Notes: generated by a model from the letters alone, not told the origin. A stretch of 38,234 bases of DNA from Candidatus Latescibacterota bacterium (GCA_963662665.2 CAXXJS010000048.1:1-38234), one strand, 5' to 3'. Counted from the stretch's first letter, positions 9,043 through 18,745 are shown. Made by a program: numbers and translations.

Positions 9043-11088
9043 TCAATCCACGTCAATCACGATATTCCTCCAGACGTCCAGATGGACGCGGGCATCCGGG
9101 GGAACAAGAGTGGTTGCATCGTAGTCCTCCACAATAAGCGGTCCCCGAACGGGCGAATCCCCGAGATAACGCCGAGGCAGGACCGGTGTCTCGACCCAAC
9201 CTCGAATCTCCCCGAAATATGCGCGCCTGCTGCCCGGTCTTCGACCACTTCCTTCCGGTGCGGAAATGTCTTTCCCATGGGGCAACGGCCATCCGGGCAG
9301 AAAAGCACGAATCCTCAAGGTGACAACCTCAACGGCATCGGTCTCGGAGCGGTGCCCGTATGTACGCTCGTGTTCCGCTTCAAAAGCGTCCCTGAGATCG
9401 GCCAGTTTGCCGCGGCTCCATTGCCCTTCAGATGCCCTGATCGACAATTCATAGGACTGCCCCGCATACCTGAGATCCACAATATTCTCTATTGCTGAGC
9501 CGGGCAATCTCTCTCTCGCTTCATCAGCCATCCCTTCAAATTCCCGCTCAAGCTCAACCGGTTCCATATCGATAAGTTGCTTTAGACACGTGCGGGCCAG
9601 ATCGCACTGCAATCCGGCCGCGACCAGACCGATCGCGCTGAAGAGACCCGGCGCCGGCGGAACCAGTACCCTCTTTATCCCGAGCGCACCGGCCATCCCG
9701 ACGGCATGCAGGGGTCCGCTCCCGCCGAAAGCCAGCAACGAGTATTTCCCGGGGTCTCGGCCACGCTCAGATGAAACCGCGCGTACTGCCCTCACCATTC
9801 GGGCAGCCGCTATCCGATGCGCTCCCAGGGCGGCCTCGTCCTCCCCCACATCCATCCTTGATGCGATCCATTCCCGCATTGCGCTTCTGGCAAGCCCCAG
9901 GTCCAGAGGCAAGCCGCTGCCAGCCGGTCCTTCGGGATTCAGGTACCCCAGCAACAGATTTGCATCGGTAAGCGTAGGCAGGTCGCCTCCGCGCCGATAG
10001 CTGACCGGGCCGGGGTCCGCTCCTGCACTCATTGGCCCGACCTGAAGCGCTCCGCCGCCGTCAACCTGCAGGATACTTCCGCCGCCGGCCCCGATTTCGG
10101 CCAGATCGATACACGGTGCTCTGACGGCGTACCCGCCTCCGCCCATCAGTCTTCCCGCGACAGACAACCCGCCGCCGACCTCATAATCCGATATCCGCGA
10201 GATTCGCCCGTCTTCGATAAGTGACGCCTTGGCAGTCGTCCCTCCCATATCGAACGCAATCAGATCTCCGCAACCGATGCGACGCCCCAACGCCGCGGCG
10301 GCGACCACGCCCGCGGCCGGCCCGGATTCGAGTATCTGCACAGGGCGCTCGATCGCTGTCGCGGCCTCGGTGACGCCGCCCGCGGACTGCATGATCCGCA
10401 GAGGAGCGTCGACGTCCAGGGTCTGAAGACGCGCGCGTAGATCGCTCAAATAGCTCCGCACCACCGGCATAACATATGCGTTAATCACAGTGGTACTGGT
10501 CCGCTCATATTCCTTGATTTCAGGCAACACTTCAGACGAAAGCGTCACTGTCCACGGTCCGGCCGCACGCAGCATCTCACCTATCCTGACTTCGTGACAG
10601 GGATTCACGTACGCGTTGAGGAGACACACCGCAACCGACACAACGTGCTCCTCATCGAGCCGTTCGATTGCGAGATGAACGCTCTCCTCGTCAAGTGCTT
10701 CCAGAACGGCGCCGTTGGCGCCAATCCGTTCGTTCACCTCCAGGCGAAGATTCCGTGGCACGAGAGGTTTCGGCTTCTCCCAGGCAAGATCATACAACCG
10801 GGGCATCCTCAACCGCCCGATCTCAAGCACGTCGCGAAAACCCCCTGTTGTGATCAGACCGGTCCGCGCGCCCGTACCGCTGAGTACGGCATTGGTCGCC
10901 ACGGTGGTGCCATGGATGACTTCCGCCACCGCCGCCCCCGATCCCGTTGCAACCTGACTTACACCGTCTACGATGGCTCTGCCGTAATCACCGGGCGTGG
11001 AAGGAAGCTTGCAAAGTGCCACGCGGCCGTCTTCGGCTATCGCAACTACATCCGTAAACGTGCCGCCGATATCGATGCCAATACGCAT
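9043..11088 (-). CDS. Hydantoinase A/5-oxoprolinase family subunit (ATP-binding)
   Basis: GIDIGGTFTD, HGTTVATNA, EYERTSTT, SGPAAG, DMGGTT, GAGGGS, AFGGSGPLH, DLRYAGQ. Confidence 0.93.
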   Translation of the reverse strand: MRIGIDIGGTFTDVVAIAEDGRVALCKLPSTPGDYGRAIVDGVSQVATGSGAAVAEVIHGTTVATNAVLSGTGARTGLITTGGFRDVLEIGRLRMPRLYDLAWEKPKPLVPRNLRLEVNERIGANGAVLEALDEESVHLAIERLDEEHVVSVAVCLLNAYVNPCHEVRIGEMLRAAGPWTVTLSSEVLPEIKEYERTSTTVINAYVMPVVRSYLSDLRARLQTLDVDAPLRIMQSAGGVTEAATAIERPVQILESGPAAGVVAAAALGRRIGCGDLIAFDMGGTTAKASLIEDGRISRISDYEVGGGLSVAGRLMGGGGYAVRAPCIDLAEIGAGGGSILQVDGGGALQVGPMSAGADPGPVSYRRGGDLPTLTDANLLLGYLNPEGPAGSGLPLDLGLARSAMREWIASRMDVGEDEAALGAHRIAAARMVRAVRAVSSERGRDPGKYSLLAFGGSGPLHAVGMAGALGIKRVLVPPAPGLFSAIGLVAAGLQCDLARTCLKQLIDMEPVELEREFEGMADEARERLPGSAIENIVDLRYAGQSYELSIRASEGQWSRGKLADLRDAFEAEHERTYGHRSETDAVEVVTLRIRAFLPGWPLPHGKDISAPEGSGRRPGSRRAYFGEIRGWVETPVLPRRYLGDSPVRGPLIVEDYDATTLVPPDARVHLDVWRNIVIDVD

Positions 11089-11116
11089 TGTCGAACTATC
11101 CGGTAAGGGGGTGTTC

Positions 11117-12430
11117 TCAATCCATGAACAGGTAACGGGCGACAAAAATCACCGCCAGCAGGTCCACCAGGGGACTCACTTCCTCTCCACGTCCTCCCAG
11201 CCTCTTCACAATGGGAAACGCCACAAACCCCATCGCAAGACCGTCCGAGATACTGAAAGTCAGCGGCATGGCGATCATCGTCAAAAAGGCCGGCAACGCG
11301 TCGGTGACGTCGTTCCACTTGACGTTAACCACCGATGCCATCATCAGCACGCCCACCACGATCAGCGCGGGCGCAGTTGCGAAAGGCGGAATGGCCGCCA
11401 TCAACGGCGTGAAGAAGAGCGCCAGCAGAAACATGGCACCCGTCACCACACTGGCGAAGCCGGTGCGCGCTCCGGCCGAAACGCCCGCCGCGCTTTCTAT
11501 ATAGGTCGTTACGGTCGACGTCCCGAAGATCGAACCGAACATCGTGCCCAGCGAATCGGCCAACAGCGCCCGGTTGGCTCGCGGCAGCCGGCCGCGCTTA
11601 TTGAGAAATCCCGCTCTCCCCGAAACGCCGACCAGCGTTCCCATCGTGTCGAACATGTCCACAAACAAAAACACAAAGACCACGCCGATCAGACCGACGT
11701 CGAACGCCGCCGCCAAATTCACCGCCGCGACGCCGAACAACCGCTCCGGCCACGCCGGCAGACTGAAGAAACCCTGGGGAGTCGCGGTCATACCCGTCAT
11801 CATACCCAGAACCGCCACACCCAACATCCCCAGCAATATGGCTCCCTTGACACCTCTTACCAACATCACCCCTGTGCACAGCACGCCCAGAAGCGTAAGA
11901 CCCGCCGGGCCACTCCTGATGTCGCCCAGTGCGATCAGGGTTGCCGAATTTCCTGCTACAATTCCGGCGTTTTTTAATCCAATAAAGGCAATAAACAACC
12001 CGATGCCGCATGCCGTCGCCTGTTTTATCGTATCGGGCACCGCGTTAATCAGGGCTTCCCTTACTCGCATCAGCGTCAGCAGCGTGAATAGTATACCGGA
12101 CGCAAGAACCACACCCAGTGCCAGATCCCAACGCACGCCCATCCCAAGTACCACCGAATACGTAAAAAAGGCATTCAGTCCCATTCCCGGCGCCAGGGCA
12201 AACGGATAATTCGCGACGATGCCCATAATCAACGTCGAAAGGGCGGCTGAAACGCAGGTCGCGAACAACAGCTCGCCAAACAGATCCTTACCCAGGGCTT
12301 CCGCCAACATACCAGGATTCACGGCCACTATATAGGCCATCGTTACGAACGTAGTGAGCCCTCCGATCACCTCCGTACGGTAGGTTGCACCCTTCTCGTC
12401 AAAACGAAAATACCTCGCAATCGCCGACAT
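11117..12430 (-). CDS. NCS2/AzgA-like nucleobase (purine) permease
   Basis: GLTTFVTMAYI, APGMGLNAFF, GIGLFIAFIG, DMFDTMGT, YIESAAGV-GARTG; multiple TM helices; GGAGAG SD. Confidence 0.92.
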   Translation of the reverse strand: MSAIARYFRFDEKGATYRTEVIGGLTTFVTMAYIVAVNPGMLAEALGKDLFGELLFATCVSAALSTLIMGIVANYPFALAPGMGLNAFFTYSVVLGMGVRWDLALGVVLASGILFTLLTLMRVREALINAVPDTIKQATACGIGLFIAFIGLKNAGIVAGNSATLIALGDIRSGPAGLTLLGVLCTGVMLVRGVKGAILLGMLGVAVLGMMTGMTATPQGFFSLPAWPERLFGVAAVNLAAAFDVGLIGVVFVFLFVDMFDTMGTLVGVSGRAGFLNKRGRLPRANRALLADSLGTMFGSIFGTSTVTTYIESAAGVSAGARTGFASVVTGAMFLLALFFTPLMAAIPPFATAPALIVVGVLMMASVVNVKWNDVTDALPAFLTMIAMPLTFSISDGLAMGFVAFPIVKRLGGRGEEVSPLVDLLAVIFVARYLFMD

Positions 12431-12716
12431 ATGACTCTCCAATCGGGAGTACGTGATGTTAAGTGAAGTTCAGCGATTCGCCATCCTCCCGCCCCGAAGC
12501 AGTCCCGGAATCCGTCGGTGTTTCCAGGTCATTCTACCCTTGTGTTATTGCCTTAATCGTTGTTTCCCGCTTCAGATTTCATCGTCCGGGCAGTCGGCTT
12601 TACGCTTGATTTCGTATGGAACTTGCATACATTTACGTCTGTCGGCGATCCACCGAACCGCTTGTTCAACGGACTGTTATGGACTGACGATTTTGTTCAA
12701 GCCATGGAGCCCAGGG

Positions 12717-13481
12717 ATGTCAGAAGATATCGGATCAATCCTGAAAAACTGGCCTTACGATCCACAGAACAGCATTCGCAAGGTAATCGATCCCCGGGGC
12801 GTGGAGAAAATCCAGGTACGTGTGGACCAGGGCGCGTTTCAGGGCGTTTTACAAATGGAACTGGATGGCCGCCCCGATGGCCAGAAGCCCTACAATCAGA
12901 CCTTTGTTATAGACTATCACAAGAACCAGTTGCAAAAACACGTTGGCGCATCGGGAACGACCGCCGGCTTCAATCTGGGCGAAAACGCATGTTCCGAGAT
13001 CTTCGATGAAAGCAGGCGTATATATGAGCGCTATGTCTTTCTGCTGCAGATTCGAGACTACAGCCGGGTTGTGCGCGATACGGAAAGAAATATGGAAGTT
13101 TTCCGTTTTGTAAACAAGTATGCTGAACGCGAAGAAGACCGGGAAAACCTGGAAAAGTGGTGGCCATACATACTCAGAATCCATGCCGTCGCCAGGGTGA
13201 TGATCGCGACCCAGCAGGAGGACTACGACACTGCCCTCGATATTATACGCGAGGCGCAAACGAAGATCGCAAGCCTCGAGGGAGTGGAGGCAGAGGAGTT
13301 CGAACTGGAAAAAAAGCGCTCCCGGGATTCACTTAGAGAACTGGAAGACGAAATACAGGGCAAACGTCCGCAGAGCCCTGCGGAAAAGCTCAAAGAGGAA
13401 TTGGCTCAGGCCGTCGAGGATGAGGACTTTGAGCGGGCCGCAGCCATCCGCGACAAAATATGGGAGTTGGAGGAAAACTGA
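12717..13481 (+). CDS. Conserved hypothetical protein with C-terminal UvrB/UvrC (UVR) coiled-coil motif
   Basis: C-terminal LAQAVEDEDFERAAAIRDKI; N-terminal LQMELDGRPDG; GGAG upstream of ATG 12717. Confidence 0.75.
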   Translation: MSEDIGSILKNWPYDPQNSIRKVIDPRGVEKIQVRVDQGAFQGVLQMELDGRPDGQKPYNQTFVIDYHKNQLQKHVGASGTTAGFNLGENACSEIFDESRRIYERYVFLLQIRDYSRVVRDTERNMEVFRFVNKYAEREEDRENLEKWWPYILRIHAVARVMIATQQEDYDTALDIIREAQTKIASLEGVEAEEFELEKKRSRDSLRELEDEIQGKRPQSPAEKLKEELAQAVEDEDFERAAAIRDKIWELEEN

Positions 13482-13724
13482 TTTTTCGTCCCCTGAAACA
13501 TACGGTCGTCTTCCCTGATGCTCCCGGCTACAACGTTCGGCCGTTCCTTATTCGTGCACTACCGAAAAAAGCATGTATTCTTGCCCTCAAAATAGTTAAA
13601 TTCCGCGGTCGCCTGCAAACCCTTTAACACACGGACGCAAGCGGCACCTGAAACGACTCCCGGGACATCGCCCGCTCTAATGGACTCGAACGCCCGCAGT
13701 AATCGGCACAGAATCAGAAACACC

Positions 13725-13753
13725 TTGACTTTTCGGTTCAAAACCGATACAAT
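13725..13753 (+). promoter_or_regulatory. sigma70-type promoter for the ilvB leader
   Basis: TTGACT-N17-TACAAT; the spacer contains the inverted repeat TCGGTT-caa-AACCGA. Confidence 0.6.
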
Positions 13754-13864
13754 ACGTCCCAGTAAACGTAGATCATCTGTCACAGCGTCGTTCGTCGACA
13801 TTTCGCCGGAACGGCGCCTCGATGCGGTTCAGGCCGCTGGTAGCCGTCTCCAAGGAATTTGCTC

Positions 13865-13972
13865 GTGTTTCTGAATTTCCGCGATATACGCGTTGCAGTC
13901 CGGGTTGGCAACATAGTGAACCGGAACGGTGTCCTTTTTGTATCCGTATCCCCGCGGCGGCAGGGCTCGTAG
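13865..13972 (+). CDS. Putative Ile/Leu/Val-rich leader peptide (35 aa) of an ilvB attenuator
   Basis: AAGGA (13852-13856) lies 8 nt before GTG. Peptide MFLNFRDIRVAVRVGNIVNRNGVLFVSVSPRRQGS has 7 V, 2 I and 2 L. Too short for the ORF track. Confidence 0.6.
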   Translation: MFLNFRDIRVAVRVGNIVNRNGVLFVSVSPRRQGS

Positions 13973-14000
13973 CCGGATTGGCAAATACACGAATTCAGCC

Positions 14001-14034
14001 CGCCGTCGATACCGATTCGACGGCGTTTTTGTTT
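14001..14034 (+). terminator. Intrinsic terminator (attenuator) upstream of ilvB
   Basis: CGCCGTCGA-taccgat-TCGACGGCG followed by TTTTTGTTT, about 100 nt before the ilvB start. Confidence 0.7.
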
Positions 14035-14133
14035 GCCGGCATATACAACACGAATTTTACCGATCGCAACTACGTGGTTATATTGCATTAAATGATTATG
14101 GAATGGCTTTAAAAACTCAGGAGTACCTGGCAA

Positions 14134-15909
14134 ATGGCAAAGGGAACAGAGCAAATTCACGCTTCCAAGACCAACGGACGCCCCGAACAGCAGGCGGGGT
14201 TCGGAGGTGCGTCTTCGTCCCCGGCAACCCCGATGAAAGGCGCGGATATCCTGGTGGAAGCGCTGGTTAGAGAAGGTGTCGATGTCATCTTCGGATATCC
14301 CGGCGGCGCCAGCATGGAGATTCATCAGGCGCTCACCCGTTCCAGGATACGCAACGTCCTGTGTCGACACGAACAGGGTGAAATCTTTGCCGCGGAAGGA
14401 TTTGCCAAGGCATCAGGACGGGTTGGCGTGTGTCTGGCCACGTCGGGACCGGGAGCCACCAACCTGGTCACCGGTCTGGCGGACGCCAAGATGGATTCCG
14501 TTCCGCTGGTGGCTATCACGGGTCAGGTGGCAACCCACGTGATGGGGGGCGACGCCTTTCAGGAAACGCCCATCGTCGAGGTCACCCGGCAGATTACCAA
14601 ACACAACTTTCTTATCGATCGTATTGAGGATATTCCGCGCATTGTAAAGGAATCGTTTTACATCGCGAACACGGGTCGTCCCGGACCCGTGTTGATCGAC
14701 GTGCCGAAAGACGTGCAGCAGGCCATGCATACGCCGGTCTGGCCGGACAGCGTGGCCATCCGAAGCTACAATCCGCATATCAGGGCCGCTGGCAAAGCCA
14801 TCTGTAACGTTGTCCGCGCCATTCGCGAAGCAAAACGACCGGTCCTCTACGTCGGCGGCGGCATCGTGGCCGCCGACGCCGCCGAGCAACTTCGCGAACT
14901 CGTCCGGAAGACCAATATTCCCGTCGTGCAGACACTCATGGGCCTCGGCGTTTTCCCTGAAACCCATCCACTCTCGCTCCGGATGGTTGGCATGCACGGC
15001 ACCGTATACGCCAACTACGCGATCAACCATGCAGACCTGTTGCTGGCTATGGGCGTACGTTTCGACGACCGCGTCACCGGGAAGCTCGAAGAATTCTGTA
15101 AACACGGAAAAATTGTGCACGTTGACATCGACCCATCCGAAATCAACAAGAACAAAACTGCGCAAATACCGGTTGTCAGCGACGTCAAATACGCCCTTGA
15201 GGACCTGAATAGACAGGTGGAGCCCGGCGACTACGCCGCCTGGCATGCCGAATTGGAAACATGGCGACAGAAACATCCGCTCGGCTACCAGGAGGCGGAC
15301 GACGCGATCCTGCCGCAGCATGCCATAGACCTTCTGTACCGAATGACAGACGGGAAAGCCGTGGTCTCAACCGGGGTGGGTCAGCATCAGATGTGGGCCG
15401 CCCAGTATTACCTCTTCGACGAACCCCGCAACTGGCTCACGTCGGGGGGGCTGGGGGCCATGGGTTTCGGTCTGCCGGCGGCGCTGGGCGCACAACTGGC
15501 CCGACCGGGAGACCTGGTTGTCAACATCGACGGCGACGGGAGTTTTGTAATGAATGTTCAGGAACTGGCCACTCTTTATGTGGAGAAACTGCCCATAAAA
15601 ACAATCATTATCAACAACCAGCATCTGGGGATGGTGGTTCAGTGGGAAGACCGATTCTATCAGAGCAACCGCGGGCACACGTTCATAGGCGATCCGGACG
15701 GCGGAATCCATCCCGATTTTGTCAAAATTGCAGAGGGCTTCGGCATTCCAGCCGCGCGCGCGGACCACAAGAAGGACCTTCGCGTTGCCCTGGAACGCAT
15801 GCTCGAAACGCCAGGTCCCTATTTGCTCGACGTGATCGTGCCCTACCAGGAGCATGTCCTACCCATGATTCCCGCCGGCCACACATTCGCAGATATAATT
15901 ACGGAGTAA
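14134..15909 (+). CDS. ilvB: Acetolactate synthase large (catalytic) subunit, biosynthetic type
   Basis: [57 protein letters not shown]-binding GDGS...NN, LGMVVQW. AGGAG SD. Confidence 0.95.
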   Translation: MAKGTEQIHASKTNGRPEQQAGFGGASSSPATPMKGADILVEALVREGVDVIFGYPGGASMEIHQALTRSRIRNVLCRHEQGEIFAAEGFAKASGRVGVCLATSGPGATNLVTGLADAKMDSVPLVAITGQVATHVMGGDAFQETPIVEVTRQITKHNFLIDRIEDIPRIVKESFYIANTGRPGPVLIDVPKDVQQAMHTPVWPDSVAIRSYNPHIRAAGKAICNVVRAIREAKRPVLYVGGGIVAADAAEQLRELVRKTNIPVVQTLMGLGVFPETHPLSLRMVGMHGTVYANYAINHADLLLAMGVRFDDRVTGKLEEFCKHGKIVHVDIDPSEINKNKTAQIPVVSDVKYALEDLNRQVEPGDYAAWHAELETWRQKHPLGYQEADDAILPQHAIDLLYRMTDGKAVVSTGVGQHQMWAAQYYLFDEPRNWLTSGGLGAMGFGLPAALGAQLARPGDLVVNIDGDGSFVMNVQELATLYVEKLPIKTIIINNQHLGMVVQWEDRFYQSNRGHTFIGDPDGGIHPDFVKIAEGFGIPAARADHKKDLRVALERMLETPGPYLLDVIVPYQEHVLPMIPAGHTFADIITE

Positions 15910-15931
15910 ATACACGGCATAAGGATCAACC

Positions 15932-15962
15932 TCCGGATGTTGTTCTGCAGCATCCGGATTTT
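15932..15962 (+). terminator. Intrinsic terminator after ilvB
   Basis: TCCGGATGTTGT-tct-GCAGCATCCGGA stem (two G-U pairs) followed by TTTT. Confidence 0.6.
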
Positions 15963-15973
15963 CGTGCCCGTAT

Positions 15974-16003
15974 GGAACGCCGACCGCAGCGTGCAGGTCT
16001 AAG
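15974..16003 (+). promoter_or_regulatory. Putative ECF sigma-dependent (autoregulatory) promoter
   Basis: GGAACGC-N16-GTCTAAG upstream of the ECF sigma gene; the same motif recurs at 18079. Confidence 0.65.
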
Positions 16004-16141
16004 CATGTGGAATGACAAAGTGCGGGCGGCGCGCTCAACCCCGAAGCAGTGCGGGGCGCCTATTCCGATCACTGCCGGTTGCCCCAATGCTGCCATCACA
16101 TCCTTATGGTTTGGGTCTATGCCGTGTTACCTGGAGCCCGT

Positions 16142-16732
16142 ATGGGTGAAGATCTGGATCTGGTCAGACGCTGCCAGGAGGGAGATCATCAGGCCTATCG
16201 CGTCCTGGTAGAACGTTACGAAGGGCGCCTCTACAACCTTGCCTGTTCAATTCTGGGAGACCCGGAGGCCGCCAGGGATGCCGCCCAGACAGCCTTTATT
16301 CGAGCATACCACGCCCTCCCCAAATTCCGCCGGGAGTCGGGGTTCTACACGTGGCTCTATAAAATCGCGGTCAATGTATGTCTCAACGCGGCACAGAAGG
16401 AGAAGCGCCGTCGAGATTCAACCTCGCTCGACACCCTTCTGGAATCCGGACACTTCTCGTCCGAACACCTCTGGGAATTCCGAACCCCCGCCGGAGATTT
16501 CGAGCGGCTGCAACTCCGGGAAACCATACACGAAATCCTCAATCAACTCTCGCCCGATCATCGGCTGGTTATCGTCCTGAAAGACATAGAAGGACTGTCG
16601 CAGGAAGAGATTTCTGAAACACTGAATTGTTCTGTCGGGACGGTCAAATCTCGTCTCTCTCGGGCTCGCGCACGTCTCGCTGTTCTTCTGCGGCCCGTAT
16701 ACGCCGAGTGGAAAGAGGGGACAGCGCCATGA
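16142..16732 (+). CDS. ECF RNA polymerase sigma factor (RpoE-like)
   Basis: Region 2 DAAQTAF...FYTWLYKIAVN; region 4 EGLSQEEISETLNCSVGTVKSRLSRAR. Confidence 0.93.
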   Translation: MGEDLDLVRRCQEGDHQAYRVLVERYEGRLYNLACSILGDPEAARDAAQTAFIRAYHALPKFRRESGFYTWLYKIAVNVCLNAAQKEKRRRDSTSLDTLLESGHFSSEHLWEFRTPAGDFERLQLRETIHEILNQLSPDHRLVIVLKDIEGLSQEEISETLNCSVGTVKSRLSRARARLAVLLRPVYAEWKEGTAP

Positions 16733-17172
16733 AAGATTCCGAAGTCAAGACCCTGTTGCCCGACTATCTTGAATCCAATCTGCCGGCCGAACAGATGCGC
16801 GAGGTTGAGGCGCGCCTGGCTATCTCTGCCGAGTGTCGGGAAGAACTGGATTATCTCAAACGCATTCAACGGCTGCTTGCCGCCAGACCCGAATCCGCGG
16901 CGCCCGGTATCTGGCGGAGCATTGCGCCTTATATTCTCGACGAAGACGTCGCGGAGCCGTGGAAACAATTCGAATGGGTATGCAAGCGGTTTCTTCCTAT
17001 TCTGGCCGCCGCGGTCGTGCTTCTGGCCGTCCTGGGCAATCTCACCACCGATGCGCCCGCGTACACTCTGGAAGACTATCTGAAGATGCAGTTGGCGGAA
17101 ACGGACGTTGCCGTGCTCTCCTCTGAAGAACTTTCCCGCGACGACATTCTATATTTCCTGCAGACGAGGTAG
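16729..17172 (+). CDS. Membrane anti-sigma factor with degenerate zf-HC2-like N-terminus
   Basis: ATGA overlap with the sigma gene; LLPDYLESNL...EVEARLAISAECREEL; single TM helix. Confidence 0.75.
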   Translation: MKDSEVKTLLPDYLESNLPAEQMREVEARLAISAECREELDYLKRIQRLLAARPESAAPGIWRSIAPYILDEDVAEPWKQFEWVCKRFLPILAAAVVLLAVLGNLTTDAPAYTLEDYLKMQLAETDVAVLSSEELSRDDILYFLQTR

Positions 17173-17175
17173 CCG

Positions 17176-18069
17176 ATGTCGACTAACGCCACCCGCACGA
17201 ACGCCGTCCTGCTGGCGCTGGGCATATTCGTCCTCGGAGCAGCGCTGGGCGCCACGTACCATCGCTGGCTTCCCACAGGCAAGAGTCCAGGGTTATCCGA
17301 CCGGTCTGACCGGCGCCGCACGCCTCCTGTAGGTTCACCTTCCGAGCGCTTGCTCAATCGATACGTTCGAAACCTCGAACTGACCGATGAACAGCGGACC
17401 GAAATCGAAGAGATCCTGGATGAAGGCCGGGTGACGATGGGGGAAATGCGTAGGGAAATCAGAAAAAAAACAGAGTCTGTTACCAGAAAAACGTGGTCCC
17501 GGATTCGGGAAATCCTCTCGCCGGATCAGCAGGAAAGATTCGACGAATTGACAAGCCCCGTTTCCCCGAAAATTATACTGCGGCAACTCACCAGAGATCT
17601 CAACCTGGACGAAGAACAACGCCTGGCAGCGAGCGGTATCCTCAAGAAGAATTGGGCGTCGATGCAAAAACTGCGCAAGAAAGTCCGAAAGCAGTTGAGG
17701 ACAAGGCAGGACCAGACACGTGAAAAAATGTACGGAGTACTAACCCACCAACAGATGGAACAATTCAAGACACGAAGGCCCGTTCCATATCGAGGATTCT
17801 TCCGCAGATGGAACCTGGATCTATCGGACGAGCAACGGGCCGAAATCGACCGGATAGAGAGAAGCGGACGTGGGGCAACCCGCCGGATATTCCAGAAACG
17901 TGATGAGCAACTTGCGTCCATAACCGGGAAGACGTGGTCGGAAATCAAAATCCAGCTCCGGGCAAATCAGTTGGAGCAGTTCAATGAAATAACCGCCGGC
18001 ATCGAGCGACGTTTGACATGGGAGCGCCAGTTCAGGGGTAGACCCGGAGGCAGGAGGTTCAATTTCTGA
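17176..18069 (+). CDS. Spy/CpxP-like (LTXXQ) repeat protein, basic, N-terminal anchor or signal
   Basis: Hydrophobic N-terminus; three paired motifs LELTDEQ/ILSPDQ, LNLDEEQ/VLTHQQ, LDLSDEQ/LRANQ. Confidence 0.7.
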   Translation: MSTNATRTNAVLLALGIFVLGAALGATYHRWLPTGKSPGLSDRSDRRRTPPVGSPSERLLNRYVRNLELTDEQRTEIEEILDEGRVTMGEMRREIRKKTESVTRKTWSRIREILSPDQQERFDELTSPVSPKIILRQLTRDLNLDEEQRLAASGILKKNWASMQKLRKKVRKQLRTRQDQTREKMYGVLTHQQMEQFKTRRPVPYRGFFRRWNLDLSDEQRAEIDRIERSGRGATRRIFQKRDEQLASITGKTWSEIKIQLRANQLEQFNEITAGIERRLTWERQFRGRPGGRRFNF

Positions 18070-18078
18070 TCTTACCGG

Positions 18079-18108
18079 GGAACGCACGAATGCGATCATT
18101 TGTCCAAG
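18079..18108 (+). promoter_or_regulatory. Second putative ECF promoter, upstream of the Spy/CpxP-like genes
   Basis: GGAACGC-N16-GTCCAAG, same spacing as the site at 15974. Confidence 0.65.
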
Positions 18109-18198
18109 GTGTATAGCTGTTGTTGGATACGCATCCTCGATACGCCGGGTAACCGCCATTAGAGACGAATAGCCGGGAAATCCGAAAGGAGCCAAACC

Positions 18199-18714
18199 AT
18201 GAAACGTCTAGCTTTCATCGCTGCAATTCTCATTCCCGTTGTTGTCATCGCGTTGGCGCTGCCCTCGAACGCACATCGCGGCAAACGAGGCTGGAAGGCC
18301 CGGAAGGGCCCTATGGCAACCCTGGAACTCACAGAGGAACAGCGAATCAAGCTGGAAAGCCTCAACCTGGAGCGGGCCAAACAGATGGCGCAATTGCGCG
18401 CCGACCTGAAGGTGGCCAGGCTGGATCTCCGAGCCGCTATGGGGCAGGACGAACCGAACCCTGCCGAAGTGAAAGCGCGGGTTGCCGCCGTCAACAACGC
18501 CCGATCCCTGATCCTGGAAAACCGGGTCAACCACCGGCTCAAAGTCAACGGCGTCCTCACCCCGGAGCAACGGAACAAGCTTCGCGAAATGCGTAAAGAT
18601 CGCCCGAAAAAGGGATTTCGCAGGATGTGGCGCAAGGGTGGCTACCGTAGGGGCTTGAAGGGAATGGGACATCCACGTCCCAACCGCAACGACGTCAGCC
18701 CATCTTCGATTTGA
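18199..18714 (+). CDS. Spy/CpxP/ZraP-family periplasmic protein
   Basis: AAGGAG SD; signal peptide; LELTEEQ...VLTPEQR motifs. Confidence 0.82.
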   Translation: MKRLAFIAAILIPVVVIALALPSNAHRGKRGWKARKGPMATLELTEEQRIKLESLNLERAKQMAQLRADLKVARLDLRAAMGQDEPNPAEVKARVAAVNNARSLILENRVNHRLKVNGVLTPEQRNKLREMRKDRPKKGFRRMWRKGGYRRGLKGMGHPRPNRNDVSPSSI

Positions 18715-18745
18715 CCGAATCTGCCGGGATAGAAAGGTAACAGAA

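Noticed and set aside
13760-14034. T-box or metabolite riboswitch in the ilvB leader
   Set aside because: No T-box consensus (AGGGTGGNACCGCG) or aptamer I recognise; the leader-peptide model fits better.
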